A program made the position numbers and the translations under genes. DNA of 64,000 nt from Clostridia bacterium (lineage in GTDB: Bacteria; Bacillota; Clostridia; Christensenellales; SZUA-584): positions 8,976 through 72,975 of the forward strand of contig JABGQS010000004.1 in the NCBI GenBank assembly GCA_018648645.1, given 5' to 3'. Positions 11,250-21,248 of the stretch are shown here, piece after piece. Under the pieces are notes generated by a model, which searched no databases, was not told where the DNA came from, and saw only the letters and a list, made by a program, of their open reading frames with translations. Positions within the stretch are counted from its first letter, which is position 1, and each line of letters starts with the position of its first letter.

Positions 11250-12374
11250 TCACATTTTTTTCATAAATTCTGAGATTAGTGTGTTTTGAAGGTCAAAACC
11301 CTTTATTGTAGGGTGAACTGAGCTGTCTGTTATTGTTATAAGACCTGCGTCCTTCGCAAAAGTGATTGCGTCGGCATATTCGTTTTGAAAACTCGTGTTG
11401 AATTTATTATAGAAATCGTCAAAAACAATACCTTCCACTAGTCGCAGGTGCAGCATTATGTAATCTTCGAGCATGTCGGCATTACTAAGGGTAATCGTAT
11501 TTACTGTTGGCTTCTCACCGTTTGAGAGCATCTGTATGTATTGCATAAGGTTATCTGTGTTATTGGTTCTTGTATTCCCGTCATAATATGAATGAGCGGC
11601 AACTCCCAATCCAAGGTACTCCTCCCCTGTCCAATACTTCATGTTATGTTTGCACTCAAAGCCTTGCTGAGAAAAGTTGGATGTTTCGTAGTGAAAGTAC
11701 CCTGTATCCGACAACATTTCTATTGCCGTGTGATACATCTCTCGGTCAGTTTCGTCATCAATGCCATAAAACGAGCTATATAGATTTGTCCCTTGCTCCA
11801 ACTTTAGCGAATATGACGATATGTGCGTCGGTGAAAGCTCAATAAGCTGTCGTAACGTTTCACGAAAGCTTTCTAATGTTTGATTGGGCAGTCCAAATAT
11901 GGTGTCAACGTTTATGTTGTCAAAGTGATTTGCTGCGAGTTTGTATGCTGTGAGAAAGTTTTGATATGTGTGACCTCGTCCTATGGCACGAAGGATATCG
12001 TTGTCGTGGCACTGAAGACCGATGCTTAGCCGGTTGATGCCTGCGTTTGCATATGCGGCGAGTTTTGTATCGGTAATAGTCTCCGGGTTGGACTCAATAG
12101 TGAATTCTGTTGGGTTGAAGTTAGGTAAGGATTGCAGACCGCAGACCAAGCGCTCGATTTGTGATGGAGAGAGCAGCGATGGTGTTCCGCCACCGATAAA
12201 AACTGTGTCGATTCTGCGCGAGCTAAAAAACGCGTCATTGAGCTTTGCTTCTGTCAATAAGGCGTCTATATATTCATCTATCGAGTTTTCCATGTTTGGG
12301 TATGACACAAAGTCGCAATAGTGACACTTGCGCAGGCAAAACGGTATGTGAACGTAAAGCCCCGGCATACTCAT
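11250..12374 (-). CDS. hemW: Radical SAM heme chaperone HemW (HemN-like, oxygen-independent coproporphyrinogen oxidase family)
   Basis: 374 aa. CxxxCxxC cluster (CLRKCHYCDF) and GGGTPS. The start overlaps the lepA stop by 1 nt. Confidence 0.85.
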   Translation of the reverse strand: MSMPGLYVHIPFCLRKCHYCDFVSYPNMENSIDEYIDALLTEAKLNDAFFSSRRIDTVFIGGGTPSLLSPSQIERLVCGLQSLPNFNPTEFTIESNPETITDTKLAAYANAGINRLSIGLQCHDNDILRAIGRGHTYQNFLTAYKLAANHFDNINVDTIFGLPNQTLESFRETLRQLIELSPTHISSYSLKLEQGTNLYSSFYGIDDETDREMYHTAIEMLSDTGYFHYETSNFSQQGFECKHNMKYWTGEEYLGLGVAAHSYYDGNTRTNNTDNLMQYIQMLSNGEKPTVNTITLSNADMLEDYIMLHLRLVEGIVFDDFYNKFNTSFQNEYADAITFAKDAGLITITDSSVHPTIKGFDLQNTLISEFMKKM

Positions 12375-14167
12375 CAGTCCATCTTGAGCACGGACATGAA
12401 CGCTTCGGATGGTACAGCAACGCTACCGACTTGACGCATACGTTTTTTGCCCTTTTTCTGCTTTTCGAGCAGCTTTTTTTTGCGCGTGATATCGCCGCCG
12501 TAGCATTTGCTGAGCACGTCTTTACGCATCGCCTTGACAGTTTCTCGCGCGATAATTTTACCGCCGATGGCAGCCTGTATTGGTATCTCGAACATCTGCT
12601 TTGGAATCGCGGTCTTTAGCTTTTCTGCGATGCTTCTGCCCCGCGCGTATGCTCTGTCCTCGTGAACTATGATGGAAAGTGCGTCGCACATATCGCTGTT
12701 AAGCAGTATGTCGAGCCGTACTAAATTGCTTTTCTGGTAGCCTTTCATGTCGTAATCAAGAGAAGCATATCCACGTGTGCGTGATTTTAAAGTGTCGAAA
12801 AAATCGTAGATAATCTCGTTTAGCGGCATAATGTAGTGAATGAGCACGCGCGTTTCCTCGATGTATTCCATGTTTTTAAACGTGCCGCGCTTTTCTTGGC
12901 AAAGGTCCATAACTGCGCCCACGTACTCATCTGGCGTCATTATCGTCGTTTCAACAATGGGCTCTTCCATGTAATCGATCGAAGTGACAGGAGGAAGATT
13001 TGTCGGGTTTTCGACAACGAGCTTCTCGCCTTTTACCGTCGTCACATGATAGCTTACGCTTGGTGCAGTGGTGATTAAATCTAGGTCGTATTCACGCTCT
13101 ACGCGCTCTTGAATAATCTCCATGTGCAAAAGTCCGAGGAACCCGCAGCGGAATCCAAAGCCAAGCGCGATGGAAGATTCGGGCTCGTATATCAGTGAAG
13201 CGTCGTTAAGCTCGAGCTTAGCAAGTGCGTCACGCAAGTCCTCGTAGTCTGCGCCGTCTGCCGGATATATGCCGCAAAAAACCATTGGTGTGACATCTTT
13301 GTAGCCTGGAAGCGGCTCTGTCGCTCCGTGCTCTGCGCTTGTGATGGTGTCACCAACTCTAGTGTCCGAAACGTTTTTGATGCTGGCTGCAATATAGCCG
13401 ACTTCGCCTGCTGACAGTGATTTAACCGGCAGCTGTGAAGGCAGAAAAACGCCGACTTCAGTAACTTCGAATTGATGATTTGTCGCCATGAACGATATCA
13501 TGTCGCCTTGCTTCACGCTGCCTTGCACGACGCGAACATAGCTGATTGCGCCTTTATAGTTGTCGTAATAAGAGTCGAAAATCAGCGCTTTTAGGGTGTC
13601 GTCCTCAGTCTCTTTTGGTGGAGGAAGATGCTTGATTACAGCTTGAAGTACGTCTTCAATCCCTATGCCTTCCTTTGCGCTTATTCGCGGTGCTTCTGAT
13701 GTGTCCAGCCCGAGTACATCTTCTATCTCTTGGCATATTTCGTCCGGTCTTGCCGAGTTTAAGTCAATTTTGTTGATAACGGGTATAATTTCAAGATCGT
13801 TGTCCATTGCGAGATACACGTTGGCGAGCGTTTGCGCTTCTATGCCTTGACTTGCGTCTACGACGAGAATTGCGCCTTCGCACGCTGCCATGCTGCGTGA
13901 AACTTCGTATGTAAAATCGACGTGCCCGGGTGTGTCTATAAGATTGAGCGTGTATTCCTCGCCCTCGTACTCGTAGATCATGCGAACTGCCTGCGATTTT
14001 ATAGTTATACCGCGCTCTTGCTCGAGTTCCATCGTGTCTAGTATCTGCTCGTGCATGTCACGCTGCGACACCGTATTTGTTGCTTCGATCATGCGGTCGG
14101 CCAGCGTGGATTTACCGTGGTCTATGTGCGCAATAATACAAAAGTTTCTGAATCTGCTTGATCCCAT
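12374..14167 (-). CDS. lepA: Translation elongation factor 4 (LepA)
   Basis: 597 aa. G1 [25 protein letters not shown], and a LepA-specific C-terminal domain. Confidence 0.97.
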   Translation of the reverse strand: MGSSRFRNFCIIAHIDHGKSTLADRMIEATNTVSQRDMHEQILDTMELEQERGITIKSQAVRMIYEYEGEEYTLNLIDTPGHVDFTYEVSRSMAACEGAILVVDASQGIEAQTLANVYLAMDNDLEIIPVINKIDLNSARPDEICQEIEDVLGLDTSEAPRISAKEGIGIEDVLQAVIKHLPPPKETEDDTLKALIFDSYYDNYKGAISYVRVVQGSVKQGDMISFMATNHQFEVTEVGVFLPSQLPVKSLSAGEVGYIAASIKNVSDTRVGDTITSAEHGATEPLPGYKDVTPMVFCGIYPADGADYEDLRDALAKLELNDASLIYEPESSIALGFGFRCGFLGLLHMEIIQERVEREYDLDLITTAPSVSYHVTTVKGEKLVVENPTNLPPVTSIDYMEEPIVETTIMTPDEYVGAVMDLCQEKRGTFKNMEYIEETRVLIHYIMPLNEIIYDFFDTLKSRTRGYASLDYDMKGYQKSNLVRLDILLNSDMCDALSIIVHEDRAYARGRSIAEKLKTAIPKQMFEIPIQAAIGGKIIARETVKAMRKDVLSKCYGGDITRKKKLLEKQKKGKKRMRQVGSVAVPSEAFMSVLKMD

Positions 14168-14186
14168 CAGTTGGTTTCCTCCGAAT

Positions 14187-14207
14187 ATGCAATTAAATCA
14201 ATTGCAT
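14187..14207 (-). promoter_or_regulatory. Perfect 8-bp inverted repeat in the lepA leader (ATGCAATT-N5-AATTGCAT)
   Basis: Read directly from the sequence. It sits between the predicted lepA -10 and the GGAGG RBS. It could be an operator or a 5'-UTR hairpin. Confidence 0.5.
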
Positions 14208-14228
14208 CTGCTAATTTTGTCTAGCACT

Positions 14229-14257
14229 ATCATATATAAAACAGTTTGAAAAAGCAA
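14229..14257 (-). promoter_or_regulatory. Candidate sigma-A promoter of lepA-hemW
   Basis: On the minus strand, TTGCTT-N17-TATGAT. Confidence 0.5.
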
Positions 14258-14319
14258 TCAGTTCTTTTTTTACGTATGTAAATCGTGTATGATAATAGTA
14301 TCAATATCAGGAGGCAAGT

Positions 14320-14934
14320 ATGGACGATATAGTTAAAGCAGTTGAAGTATTTAATAAAAAGGGATACAAAGCGATTTGCGTTGATAATGCAGCGCCGGCT
14401 TTGAAACATGTTTTGAATGTGATTAGCGCGGATGATACCGTTGGCATGGGCGGAAGCGTTACTCTTGACCAGATAGGGATAGTTAAAGCGCTGCTTGAGC
14501 GCGGCAACACAATATACAGCAGCGCGGTTGCGCGAAAACTCGGCAATGACCCGGACGAAGCGCGGTTGCTCGCCATGGGTGCTGATGTGTTTCTCAGCTC
14601 GTCAAATGCAGTGACGCTTGAGGGCGATCTGATTAATATAGATGCAATCGGTAACCGCGTGGCCGGAATGTTCTATGGTCCGAAGAAGGTCGTGATTGTT
14701 GCCGGACGGAATAAGATTACGACCAATCCGCATACGGCTGTGCTCCGTATCAAGAAGTTCGCGAGTCCTCAAAACACAAAAAGGCTTGGGCTTGATACGC
14801 CATGCGCAAAGACAGGCAAGTGCACAGATTGCGACAGTCCGCAGCGCATATGCAACGTTGTGACGCGAATACAGTATCCGCCTTGGGGCAAGGAAATTCA
14901 TGTTGTGTTGATTGATGAAGACTATGGGTTCTAG
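14320..14934 (+). CDS. LUD-domain (DUF162, LutC/YkgG-like) protein
   Basis: 204 aa. GMGGSVTL, NAVTLEGDLINIDAIGNRVAG, GPKKVVIVAGRNKI, and a C-terminal Cys motif TPCAKTGKCTDCDSPQRICN followed by VVLIDEDYGF. This pattern is typical of the stand-alone LUD family. Confidence 0.75.
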   Translation: MDDIVKAVEVFNKKGYKAICVDNAAPALKHVLNVISADDTVGMGGSVTLDQIGIVKALLERGNTIYSSAVARKLGNDPDEARLLAMGADVFLSSSNAVTLEGDLINIDAIGNRVAGMFYGPKKVVIVAGRNKITTNPHTAVLRIKKFASPQNTKRLGLDTPCAKTGKCTDCDSPQRICNVVTRIQYPPWGKEIHVVLIDEDYGF

Positions 14935-15000
14935 TAAAATTAGTTATTAAGGATTACTTTTCAAAATGATACAGTTAGTACAATAATCCTGCTAAGCGAA

Positions 15001-15906
15001 TTATTGAAGGTTCGCTGCGTCGATATCCTTTTGGATTTGCTCTGATAGCTGCATTGTACTGTCAAAGCGTATTTCGTCACGAATGCGCCTTTTGAAAGAG
15101 ACAAAGATTACTTCATTGTAAATATCCCTGTCAAAATCAAGTATGTGTGCTTCAATCGTTCTATGTGCATGCTTTTCGATTGTTGGGTTGACACCAACAC
15201 TGCAAACGCCGCGCAGCTTTTCTTCCCCAACTAATACGTCTACGCTGTATACGCCGTTTTTCGGCACAATTTTTTCTTTTGCTACGCTGATATTGGCTGT
15301 CGGAAAACCGAGCGTTCTGCCTATACCTTTGCCATGAACAACCGTGCCACTCATGCTGTAATTGTAGCCAAGCAAATTGTTTGCAGTTTCTATCTGCCCA
15401 TCCCATAAGCATTCCCGTATTTTTGTCGAGCTTACGGGGATTTCATTAACCAAAACTTCCGGAATAACTTCTACATTGTACCCAAGAAGCGCACCGTCAA
15501 CACGGAGCATTTCGGCTGTACCCTCTGCGTGATGGCCGTATGTGTAATTGTAACCCGCGATTACATTAACTGGTGAGAAATAATCTACAAGCAGCTTTTC
15601 GAAATCCAGCTTGCCCATGCCTGCAAATGATTTGTCAAAATGCGTAACGCAGAGATAGTCGATGTCAGTTCGCTCGAACGCTGCGATTTTCTCTTGCATT
15701 GTGAAGAGCTGCATTGGTTTGTGATGGGAGCGAAAAAGGTCAACCGGCAGAGCATCAAAAGTAAACGCTACTGTATCGCCGCAATGCTTCTTTGCCGCGT
15801 CAATCAGCGCTATGTGACCAGCATGCAGCCCGTCGAAGGTCCCAAGAGCCACGCTCGCTCGGTCGAATTCTATTACTTTCGCCTGCTCAAGTGTGATAGT
15901 TATCAT
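15001..15906 (-). CDS. ribF: Bifunctional riboflavin kinase / FMN adenylyltransferase
   Basis: 301 aa. N-terminal GTFDGLHAGH (adenylyltransferase) and C-terminal GRTLGFPTANI (riboflavin kinase). Confidence 0.94.
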   Translation of the reverse strand: MITITLEQAKVIEFDRASVALGTFDGLHAGHIALIDAAKKHCGDTVAFTFDALPVDLFRSHHKPMQLFTMQEKIAAFERTDIDYLCVTHFDKSFAGMGKLDFEKLLVDYFSPVNVIAGYNYTYGHHAEGTAEMLRVDGALLGYNVEVIPEVLVNEIPVSSTKIRECLWDGQIETANNLLGYNYSMSGTVVHGKGIGRTLGFPTANISVAKEKIVPKNGVYSVDVLVGEEKLRGVCSVGVNPTIEKHAHRTIEAHILDFDRDIYNEVIFVSFKRRIRDEIRFDSTMQLSEQIQKDIDAANLQ

Positions 15907-15908
15907 GT

Positions 15909-16763
15909 TTATTCATCCACCAAACGTGTTGATATTTTTAACTGTTCGTCTGTAATGCTGCCCAGACCCATCAGCTCGTCCCCCGCGTATATAACGAGCG
16001 TTTGCGAGTTTGCACCTTCGAAAGGTACTCTGCCGCCATGAAATAATGCGGTTCTGTGTTGCTGATCGGCAGTAACTGATGGCAAATCTTTTAGAAAGTG
16101 TTCCATCGGGTGCAAAATTTCGTTTCTGTTCTCAATTGCCTTAATCTCGTCTGCTGTTACGCTGTCGTTGATATTAAGCCCGGCGCATTTTGATCTTGCC
16201 AAAAAAGACATGTATGCAACTGTATCAAGGCGCTTCGCGATGTCTTCGCACAGCGTGCGTATATAAGTGCCTTTGCCGCAAACGATACGTAATAAATGCG
16301 AATTATCGCTTGTTTGGTTAAGATATTCGATGTCTAGTATCTCAACTTGTCGTAACTTTGGAGCAACCTCGATGCCTTTGCGCGCAAGTTCGTATAGCTT
16401 TCTGCCGTTGTGCTTTACCGCAGAATATGCAGGAGTCTGTTGAGTAACGTTGCCGATAAACTCGCTCAGAACACTCTCAATTTGCTTTGGGATAATGTCG
16501 CAGGTTTCGGTAACTTCGCCATAGCTGTCACCTGTATCGGTCTTTATACCGAAAGTCAGCTCTGCGATGTACTCTTTCTCATGACCCATCATGTACGAGG
16601 ATATTCTTGTTGCCTTGCCTACACAAATCGGCAGCACACCACAAGCACCCGGATCGAGCGTACCTGCGTGACCGGTTTTGCAGCCCAGCAATCCTCTTAA
16701 AAACACGACCGCACCGTTTGAAGACATGCCGGGCGGTTTTAGGAAGTTAATAATTCCGTTCAT
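15909..16763 (-). CDS. truB: tRNA pseudouridine(55) synthase
   Basis: 284 aa. GIINFLKPPGMSS and HAGTLDPGACGVLPICVGKATR, which contains the catalytic Asp. Confidence 0.95.
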   Translation of the reverse strand: MNGIINFLKPPGMSSNGAVVFLRGLLGCKTGHAGTLDPGACGVLPICVGKATRISSYMMGHEKEYIAELTFGIKTDTGDSYGEVTETCDIIPKQIESVLSEFIGNVTQQTPAYSAVKHNGRKLYELARKGIEVAPKLRQVEILDIEYLNQTSDNSHLLRIVCGKGTYIRTLCEDIAKRLDTVAYMSFLARSKCAGLNINDSVTADEIKAIENRNEILHPMEHFLKDLPSVTADQQHRTALFHGGRVPFEGANSQTLVIYAGDELMGLGSITDEQLKISTRLVDE

Positions 16764-16766
16764 CCG

Positions 16767-17720
16767 CTATACAATCTCCATCAAGCTACCCAGTAACTTT
16801 TTCTTAGCATCGTCCATTTTACCGCTAATGCAGCACCCGGCAGCGTTTTTATGACCGCCTCCGCCAAAGAGCTGCGCAATCGCACAAACGTCCACTTCGT
16901 CCTTTGAACGCATGCTGATTTTGACGCCGTGTGGTATTTCTCTAAAAAAAACAGCGACTTTCGTTTGCTCTATCTCGCGCGCGTAGTCCACAATATTCTC
17001 GCAGTCTGCGCTTGTTGCACCAATCTGCTTCAAATCGCTTTGCGTTATTGTAAGTGACGCAATTTTGCCGTCGTTATATAGCTCTAGCGTGGAAATTGCG
17101 CGACCTATCAGTTTAGTGGACGCTAGCGAGCGTCTTCTAAACAAAATGTCGGCAACCGCCCTTATGTCGATATGCTCGACAAGAGATGAAACATATGTTA
17201 AGCAATTCTTATTGGTGTTAGAGTACGTGAAATTGCCGGTGTCGGTCGAAATTGCGATATATAAATATAATGCAACGGCTTTGCCAATCTGCGCTTTCAT
17301 GATGTCTATCAATTCGAAAATAATCTCGCCGACAGAGGACGCTTCTTTTATGTAATTTGTCTTTGCAAATTTGTCGTTTGTGATGTGGTGGTCTATGTTA
17401 ATTGTCTTTACGCTCTTCTTAAAAACCTTCACCGATTTGCCAAGCCGAGCCTTGTCGGCGCAATCGAGCGCAATCGCAGTGTCGTAACTTTTTGTAACCG
17501 CATTAGGAGTTTTGATAATGTCGTTTGGGAAGAGTTCTACGTATTTGGCAGGTACTAAACCGTCGCAGCAAATGTCAGCGTTTTTGCCCATTGAGCAAAG
17601 CGCCTCGTGAAGCGCAAAACAAGAGCCCAGCGTGTCTCCGTCCGGCTGAGTGTGTGCAATGATCAGAATACTATCTGCGCTAAGAAGTGCGTTTTTAATA
17701 TCAACCAAACCTTGCGACAT
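16767..17720 (-). CDS. nrnA: DHH/DHHA1 phosphoesterase (NrnA-like oligoribonuclease / pAp phosphatase)
   Basis: 317 aa. HTQPDGDTLGS, NIDHH, and the DHHA1 motif GGGGHKNAAG. Confidence 0.85.
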   Translation of the reverse strand: MSQGLVDIKNALLSADSILIIAHTQPDGDTLGSCFALHEALCSMGKNADICCDGLVPAKYVELFPNDIIKTPNAVTKSYDTAIALDCADKARLGKSVKVFKKSVKTINIDHHITNDKFAKTNYIKEASSVGEIIFELIDIMKAQIGKAVALYLYIAISTDTGNFTYSNTNKNCLTYVSSLVEHIDIRAVADILFRRRSLASTKLIGRAISTLELYNDGKIASLTITQSDLKQIGATSADCENIVDYAREIEQTKVAVFFREIPHGVKISMRSKDEVDVCAIAQLFGGGGHKNAAGCCISGKMDDAKKKLLGSLMEIV

Positions 17721-17724
17721 TGCA

Positions 17725-18063
17725 TTACACTTTCTTTAGTATTTCAGAAATCTTGTTGCTGTATTCGATAGAGCCGTCTAGAATGAACTTGATTTGAGGC
17801 AGTCTCCTTATACGAATTCGTCTGCCTATCTCATTCTTTATGAAGTGCTCTGCGTGTGTCAGCGTTTCGATTGTCGACTTCTTTTTCTTTTCCGTATCGT
17901 ACACGCTGATATATGCTTTTGCGTACTTTAAGTCCTTTGACAAATCCACGTGAGTAACGCTAGCCATCTCTGACACTCTTGGATCGTCAATCTCCAAACG
18001 AATGATTTCTGAAAGAGCTCGTTTGAACTCCGTTGTTATTCCTGATAATCTGTCTTTAGCCAC
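17725..18063 (-). CDS. rbfA: 30S ribosome-binding factor RbfA
   Basis: 112 aa. RbfA family; conserved position immediately after infB, with a 1-nt overlap. Confidence 0.92.
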   Translation of the reverse strand: MAKDRLSGITTEFKRALSEIIRLEIDDPRVSEMASVTHVDLSKDLKYAKAYISVYDTEKKKKSTIETLTHAEHFIKNEIGRRIRIRRLPQIKFILDGSIEYSNKISEILKKV

Positions 18064-20666
18064 TATCTTTTAATCTCCTGCATCTCGAAGGCTTCGATTA
18101 CGTCGCCCACTTTGATATCGTTATAGTTCTTTATTGTTATGCCGCACTCAAATCCTTGTTTCACTTCTTTTGCGTCGTCCTTGAAGCGTTTTAGAGAAGC
18201 CAGGACGCCTTCGTGCACAACGATGTTGTCGCGCAGCAAACGCACTGAAGATGTTTTGGTGATTTTACCGTCACCTACATAACTGCCGGCAATCGTGCCG
18301 ATGCTTGAAACGTTGAAAGTTTCTCGTACAGTAGCGTGACCAATAACAGCTTCCTTGAACTCAGGTGCGAGCATACCCTTCATTGCGAGCTCTATGTCTT
18401 CAATCGCTTTGTATATGATGCGGTACATGCGAATTTCAACTTTTTCTTTCTCTGCTTCTACACGCGCGATGCTGTCCGGGCGCACGTTGAAACCGATAAT
18501 AATCGCGTTTGAAGCAGCTGCGAGCATAACGTCCATCGCTTTAATTGCGCCAACACCTGCGTGAATAACTTTTACTTTTACCTCTTTGTTCTGCAGTTTC
18601 TCGAGCGCTTGACGCACTGCTTCTACAGAGCCTTGCACATCGGCTTTAATAACGATGTTGAGGTCTTTGAGTTTTCCTTCTTCGACCTGACCAAACAAAT
18701 CTTCAAGCGAAACTTTTGATAAGTTTTTGAGCATGCTGGCTTTTTGCTTATCCTTGCGCTCTTCTGCAACCTGCCTAGTCAGTTTATCCTGCTCTACCGC
18801 GTGCATCACGTCGCCGGCTATAGGAACTTCTGAAAAACCAACAACTTCTACAGGCTGAGAAGGGCCCGCTTCTTGAACAGGCTTGCCCGTGTCGTCAACC
18901 ATTGCGCGAACTTTACCGAAAGCGACGCCTGCAACTATCATGTCAGCTACTCGAAGTGTGCCGTTTTCAACAAGCACGGTAGCGACAGGACCTCTGCCCT
19001 TATCCAACTTCGCTTCAACAATAGTACCTTTGGCAAGTTTCGCCGGGTTCGCTTTAAGCTCTTGAACCTCTGATACGAGTATAATCATTTCGAGCAGCGT
19101 ATCGAGCCCCTCTTTTGTCATCGCGGAAACAGGAACCATAACGGTGTCGCCGCCCCATTCCTCGGTTACCAGCTCGTGCTCGGTCAGTTCCTGCTTGATT
19201 TTTTCTACGTTTGCGTTCGGTTTGTCTATTTTGTTTATTGCGACGATAATCGGCACCTTTGCCGCTTTTGCGTGATTGATTGCTTCGACAGTCTGCGGCA
19301 TAACGCCGTCGTCTGCAGCGACAACCAGTATCGCAATATCCGTTACTTGAGCGCCTCGTGCACGCATCGCTGTAAACGCTTCGTGACCCGGAGTATCTAG
19401 GAACGTGATGCTGTTGCCTGAATAGTCAATCGTATATGCTCCTATGTGCTGTGTGATGCCCCCCGCCTCGTGGTCTGCTACTTTTGTTTCTCTTATTGCG
19501 TCAAGAAGCGATGTTTTACCGTGATCTACGTGACCCATTATAGTAACGATTGGCGGACGGTCCTGCAAGTCCTTGTCGTCCTCTTCGAGATGACCTTCGT
19601 CCAGAGCGTCCTCTGCGGTTTTGTCGAGTTTGAGCTCGAGCGTGATGTCAAACTCGCTGCAAATCAACTGCGCTGTATCAAAATCGAGCTCAGAGTTGAT
19701 TGTGCACATCATGTTTAGCAGCATCAACTTTTTAAGCAATGCCGCAACGGGTTTACCAGTTTTCTCGGCGAGAACTTTGACAGAAATGTATTCTGTGGTC
19801 ATAACCGCTTTGTCGATTACGATGGGCACGATTGGTACAACTTCGACCTTTTTCGTGCGCTTCCTGCGTCTATATCTATCGTCGCCTTCGAAAACACCTT
19901 TTTCTTTGATTTTCCTGCCGCGACCGGATCTGTCATCCCTACCATAATTGTTGTACTTCTTGTTGTAAGGTTTTTTGTTGTCAACATGTACAAAACCGGA
20001 AGTACCGCTGCCCGGTTTCTTTGTCTGACCTTGCGGTTTTGTCTGACCTTGCGGTCTTGACTGACCTTGTGGTCTTGACTGACCTTGTGGTCTTGACTGA
20101 CCCTGCGGCCTTTGTGTACTGCCGGTGGTCTGACCTTGCGGTCTCTGCTGTCCGTGCGGCTTTTGGAATCCTGCAGATTGCGCAGTCGTTTTCGGTTTTA
20201 AGACTGGCTTGGGTGCTTCGGCCCTTACCTCAGCTTTTAGCGCTTCCTTTGGTGTTTGTGCTGCCGGTATCTCAACAGCTTTTTCTTTATTAATCTGCGC
20301 CGCAGGTTTTTCTTCTACTACTTTTACTGCGCTTTCCTTTCCTGCTTTAGCTTTAGCTTTTTCAGTTTTCTTTGCTTCCGCTTTATCCAATTTGTCCTGG
20401 GCAGCTTTATCCTTCTTTGCTTGTGCAAGCTCTGCTTTCTCTTGCTCGGCGGCAAGCTGAGCCTGCTCTGCCAGAGCTTCACGCTCCGCTGCCAGCTTCT
20501 TTTCTTCTGCCTCGGCTCGTGCAATTTGCATCAAGTCGGCTTCTATACGTTTGAGTGTAGCAAGATGACCCTGCACACTTTGCTGCAGCGTCTCCATCTT
20601 TTCAACGGTCTCTTTGCTTGCACTTTTTAATTGCTTGTTAAGATCTATAATCTTTATTTTGCTCAT
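18063..20666 (-). CDS. infB: Translation initiation factor IF-2
   Basis: 867 aa. GTPase core [26 protein letters not shown]. The N-terminus is Lys/Glu/Ala-rich and Pro/Gln-repeat-rich. Confidence 0.98.
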   Translation of the reverse strand: MSKIKIIDLNKQLKSASKETVEKMETLQQSVQGHLATLKRIEADLMQIARAEAEEKKLAAEREALAEQAQLAAEQEKAELAQAKKDKAAQDKLDKAEAKKTEKAKAKAGKESAVKVVEEKPAAQINKEKAVEIPAAQTPKEALKAEVRAEAPKPVLKPKTTAQSAGFQKPHGQQRPQGQTTGSTQRPQGQSRPQGQSRPQGQSRPQGQTKPQGQTKKPGSGTSGFVHVDNKKPYNKKYNNYGRDDRSGRGRKIKEKGVFEGDDRYRRRKRTKKVEVVPIVPIVIDKAVMTTEYISVKVLAEKTGKPVAALLKKLMLLNMMCTINSELDFDTAQLICSEFDITLELKLDKTAEDALDEGHLEEDDKDLQDRPPIVTIMGHVDHGKTSLLDAIRETKVADHEAGGITQHIGAYTIDYSGNSITFLDTPGHEAFTAMRARGAQVTDIAILVVAADDGVMPQTVEAINHAKAAKVPIIVAINKIDKPNANVEKIKQELTEHELVTEEWGGDTVMVPVSAMTKEGLDTLLEMIILVSEVQELKANPAKLAKGTIVEAKLDKGRGPVATVLVENGTLRVADMIVAGVAFGKVRAMVDDTGKPVQEAGPSQPVEVVGFSEVPIAGDVMHAVEQDKLTRQVAEERKDKQKASMLKNLSKVSLEDLFGQVEEGKLKDLNIVIKADVQGSVEAVRQALEKLQNKEVKVKVIHAGVGAIKAMDVMLAAASNAIIIGFNVRPDSIARVEAEKEKVEIRMYRIIYKAIEDIELAMKGMLAPEFKEAVIGHATVRETFNVSSIGTIAGSYVGDGKITKTSSVRLLRDNIVVHEGVLASLKRFKDDAKEVKQGFECGITIKNYNDIKVGDVIEAFEMQEIKR
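20021..20146 (-). repeat. In-frame 18-nt tandem repeat inside infB encoding (R/K)PQGQ(S/T)
   Basis: Five near-identical 18-nt units (ttgWctgaccYtgYggYY), followed by about two degenerate units. They translate to [31 protein letters not shown]. Confidence 0.85.
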
Positions 20667-20980
20667 TACTTGCCACTCCCTTTAATACTATCCTCTTTAT
20701 TTATTATCGCATTTTTTAAACCAACGTCAGTAATTCCTATCACCATTATTCCCGGTCTGCCAATAGCTTCGCCGAGAGGCGCTTTCTCCATAATCAAGGC
20801 CACGTTGTTTCTTTCACACAGCAGTCTGAAATGCTTTTCGCTTCCCGCAGATATTCTATCCTGCAAAATCAGCAGTTTGACTTTACCATGCTTTATTCCT
20901 TTTTCGCATGCTGCCGTGCCGCAAAGCGCATTACCCGCTTTGAAAGCCAGACCGACATACGCCAGTTTATTTGATGTCAC
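20666..20980 (-). CDS. ylxQ: L7Ae/L30e-family RNA-binding protein (YlxQ-like)
   Basis: 104 aa. Conserved position between ylxR and infB. The stop overlaps the infB ATG by 1 nt (TAATG). Confidence 0.8.
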   Translation of the reverse strand: MTSNKLAYVGLAFKAGNALCGTAACEKGIKHGKVKLLILQDRISAGSEKHFRLLCERNNVALIMEKAPLGEAIGRPGIMVIGITDVGLKNAIINKEDSIKGSGK

Positions 20981-21239
20981 GCCGCAAAATCACCCTTTTT
21001 ATCGCGTTGTACGCACTCTCGCTCATCGGTGTGCTAAGCTGTCTGTCAAACGCCTTTATCTTTTTAGCCTTATCGAGACACTCAACTGTCGGACATAAAT
21101 ACGCGCCTCTACCCTGCGCTTTGCCGCTCTCGTCAGCAATGAGCTCATTGTCGCTCGCTACAACACGCACGAGTTCTTTTTTAGGTTGTCCCTGCCTGCA
21201 CGCAATGCACATGCGCCGGGGTATCTTTTTCGTTTTCAA
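20967..21239 (-). CDS. ylxR: YlxR/RnpM family (DUF448) RNA-binding protein
   Basis: 90 aa. RMCIACRQ..ELVRVV motif. Immediately downstream of nusA. Confidence 0.85.
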   Translation of the reverse strand: MKTKKIPRRMCIACRQGQPKKELVRVVASDNELIADESGKAQGRGAYLCPTVECLDKAKKIKAFDRQLSTPMSESAYNAIKRVILRRDIK

Positions 21240-21248
21240 GAAAATCGC

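Noticed and set aside
20021-20146. Regular direct repeats, checked as a possible CRISPR-like or non-coding VNTR array
   Set aside because: The repeats are contiguous with no spacers, 18 nt long, in frame, and lie inside infB. They are a coding hexapeptide repeat.
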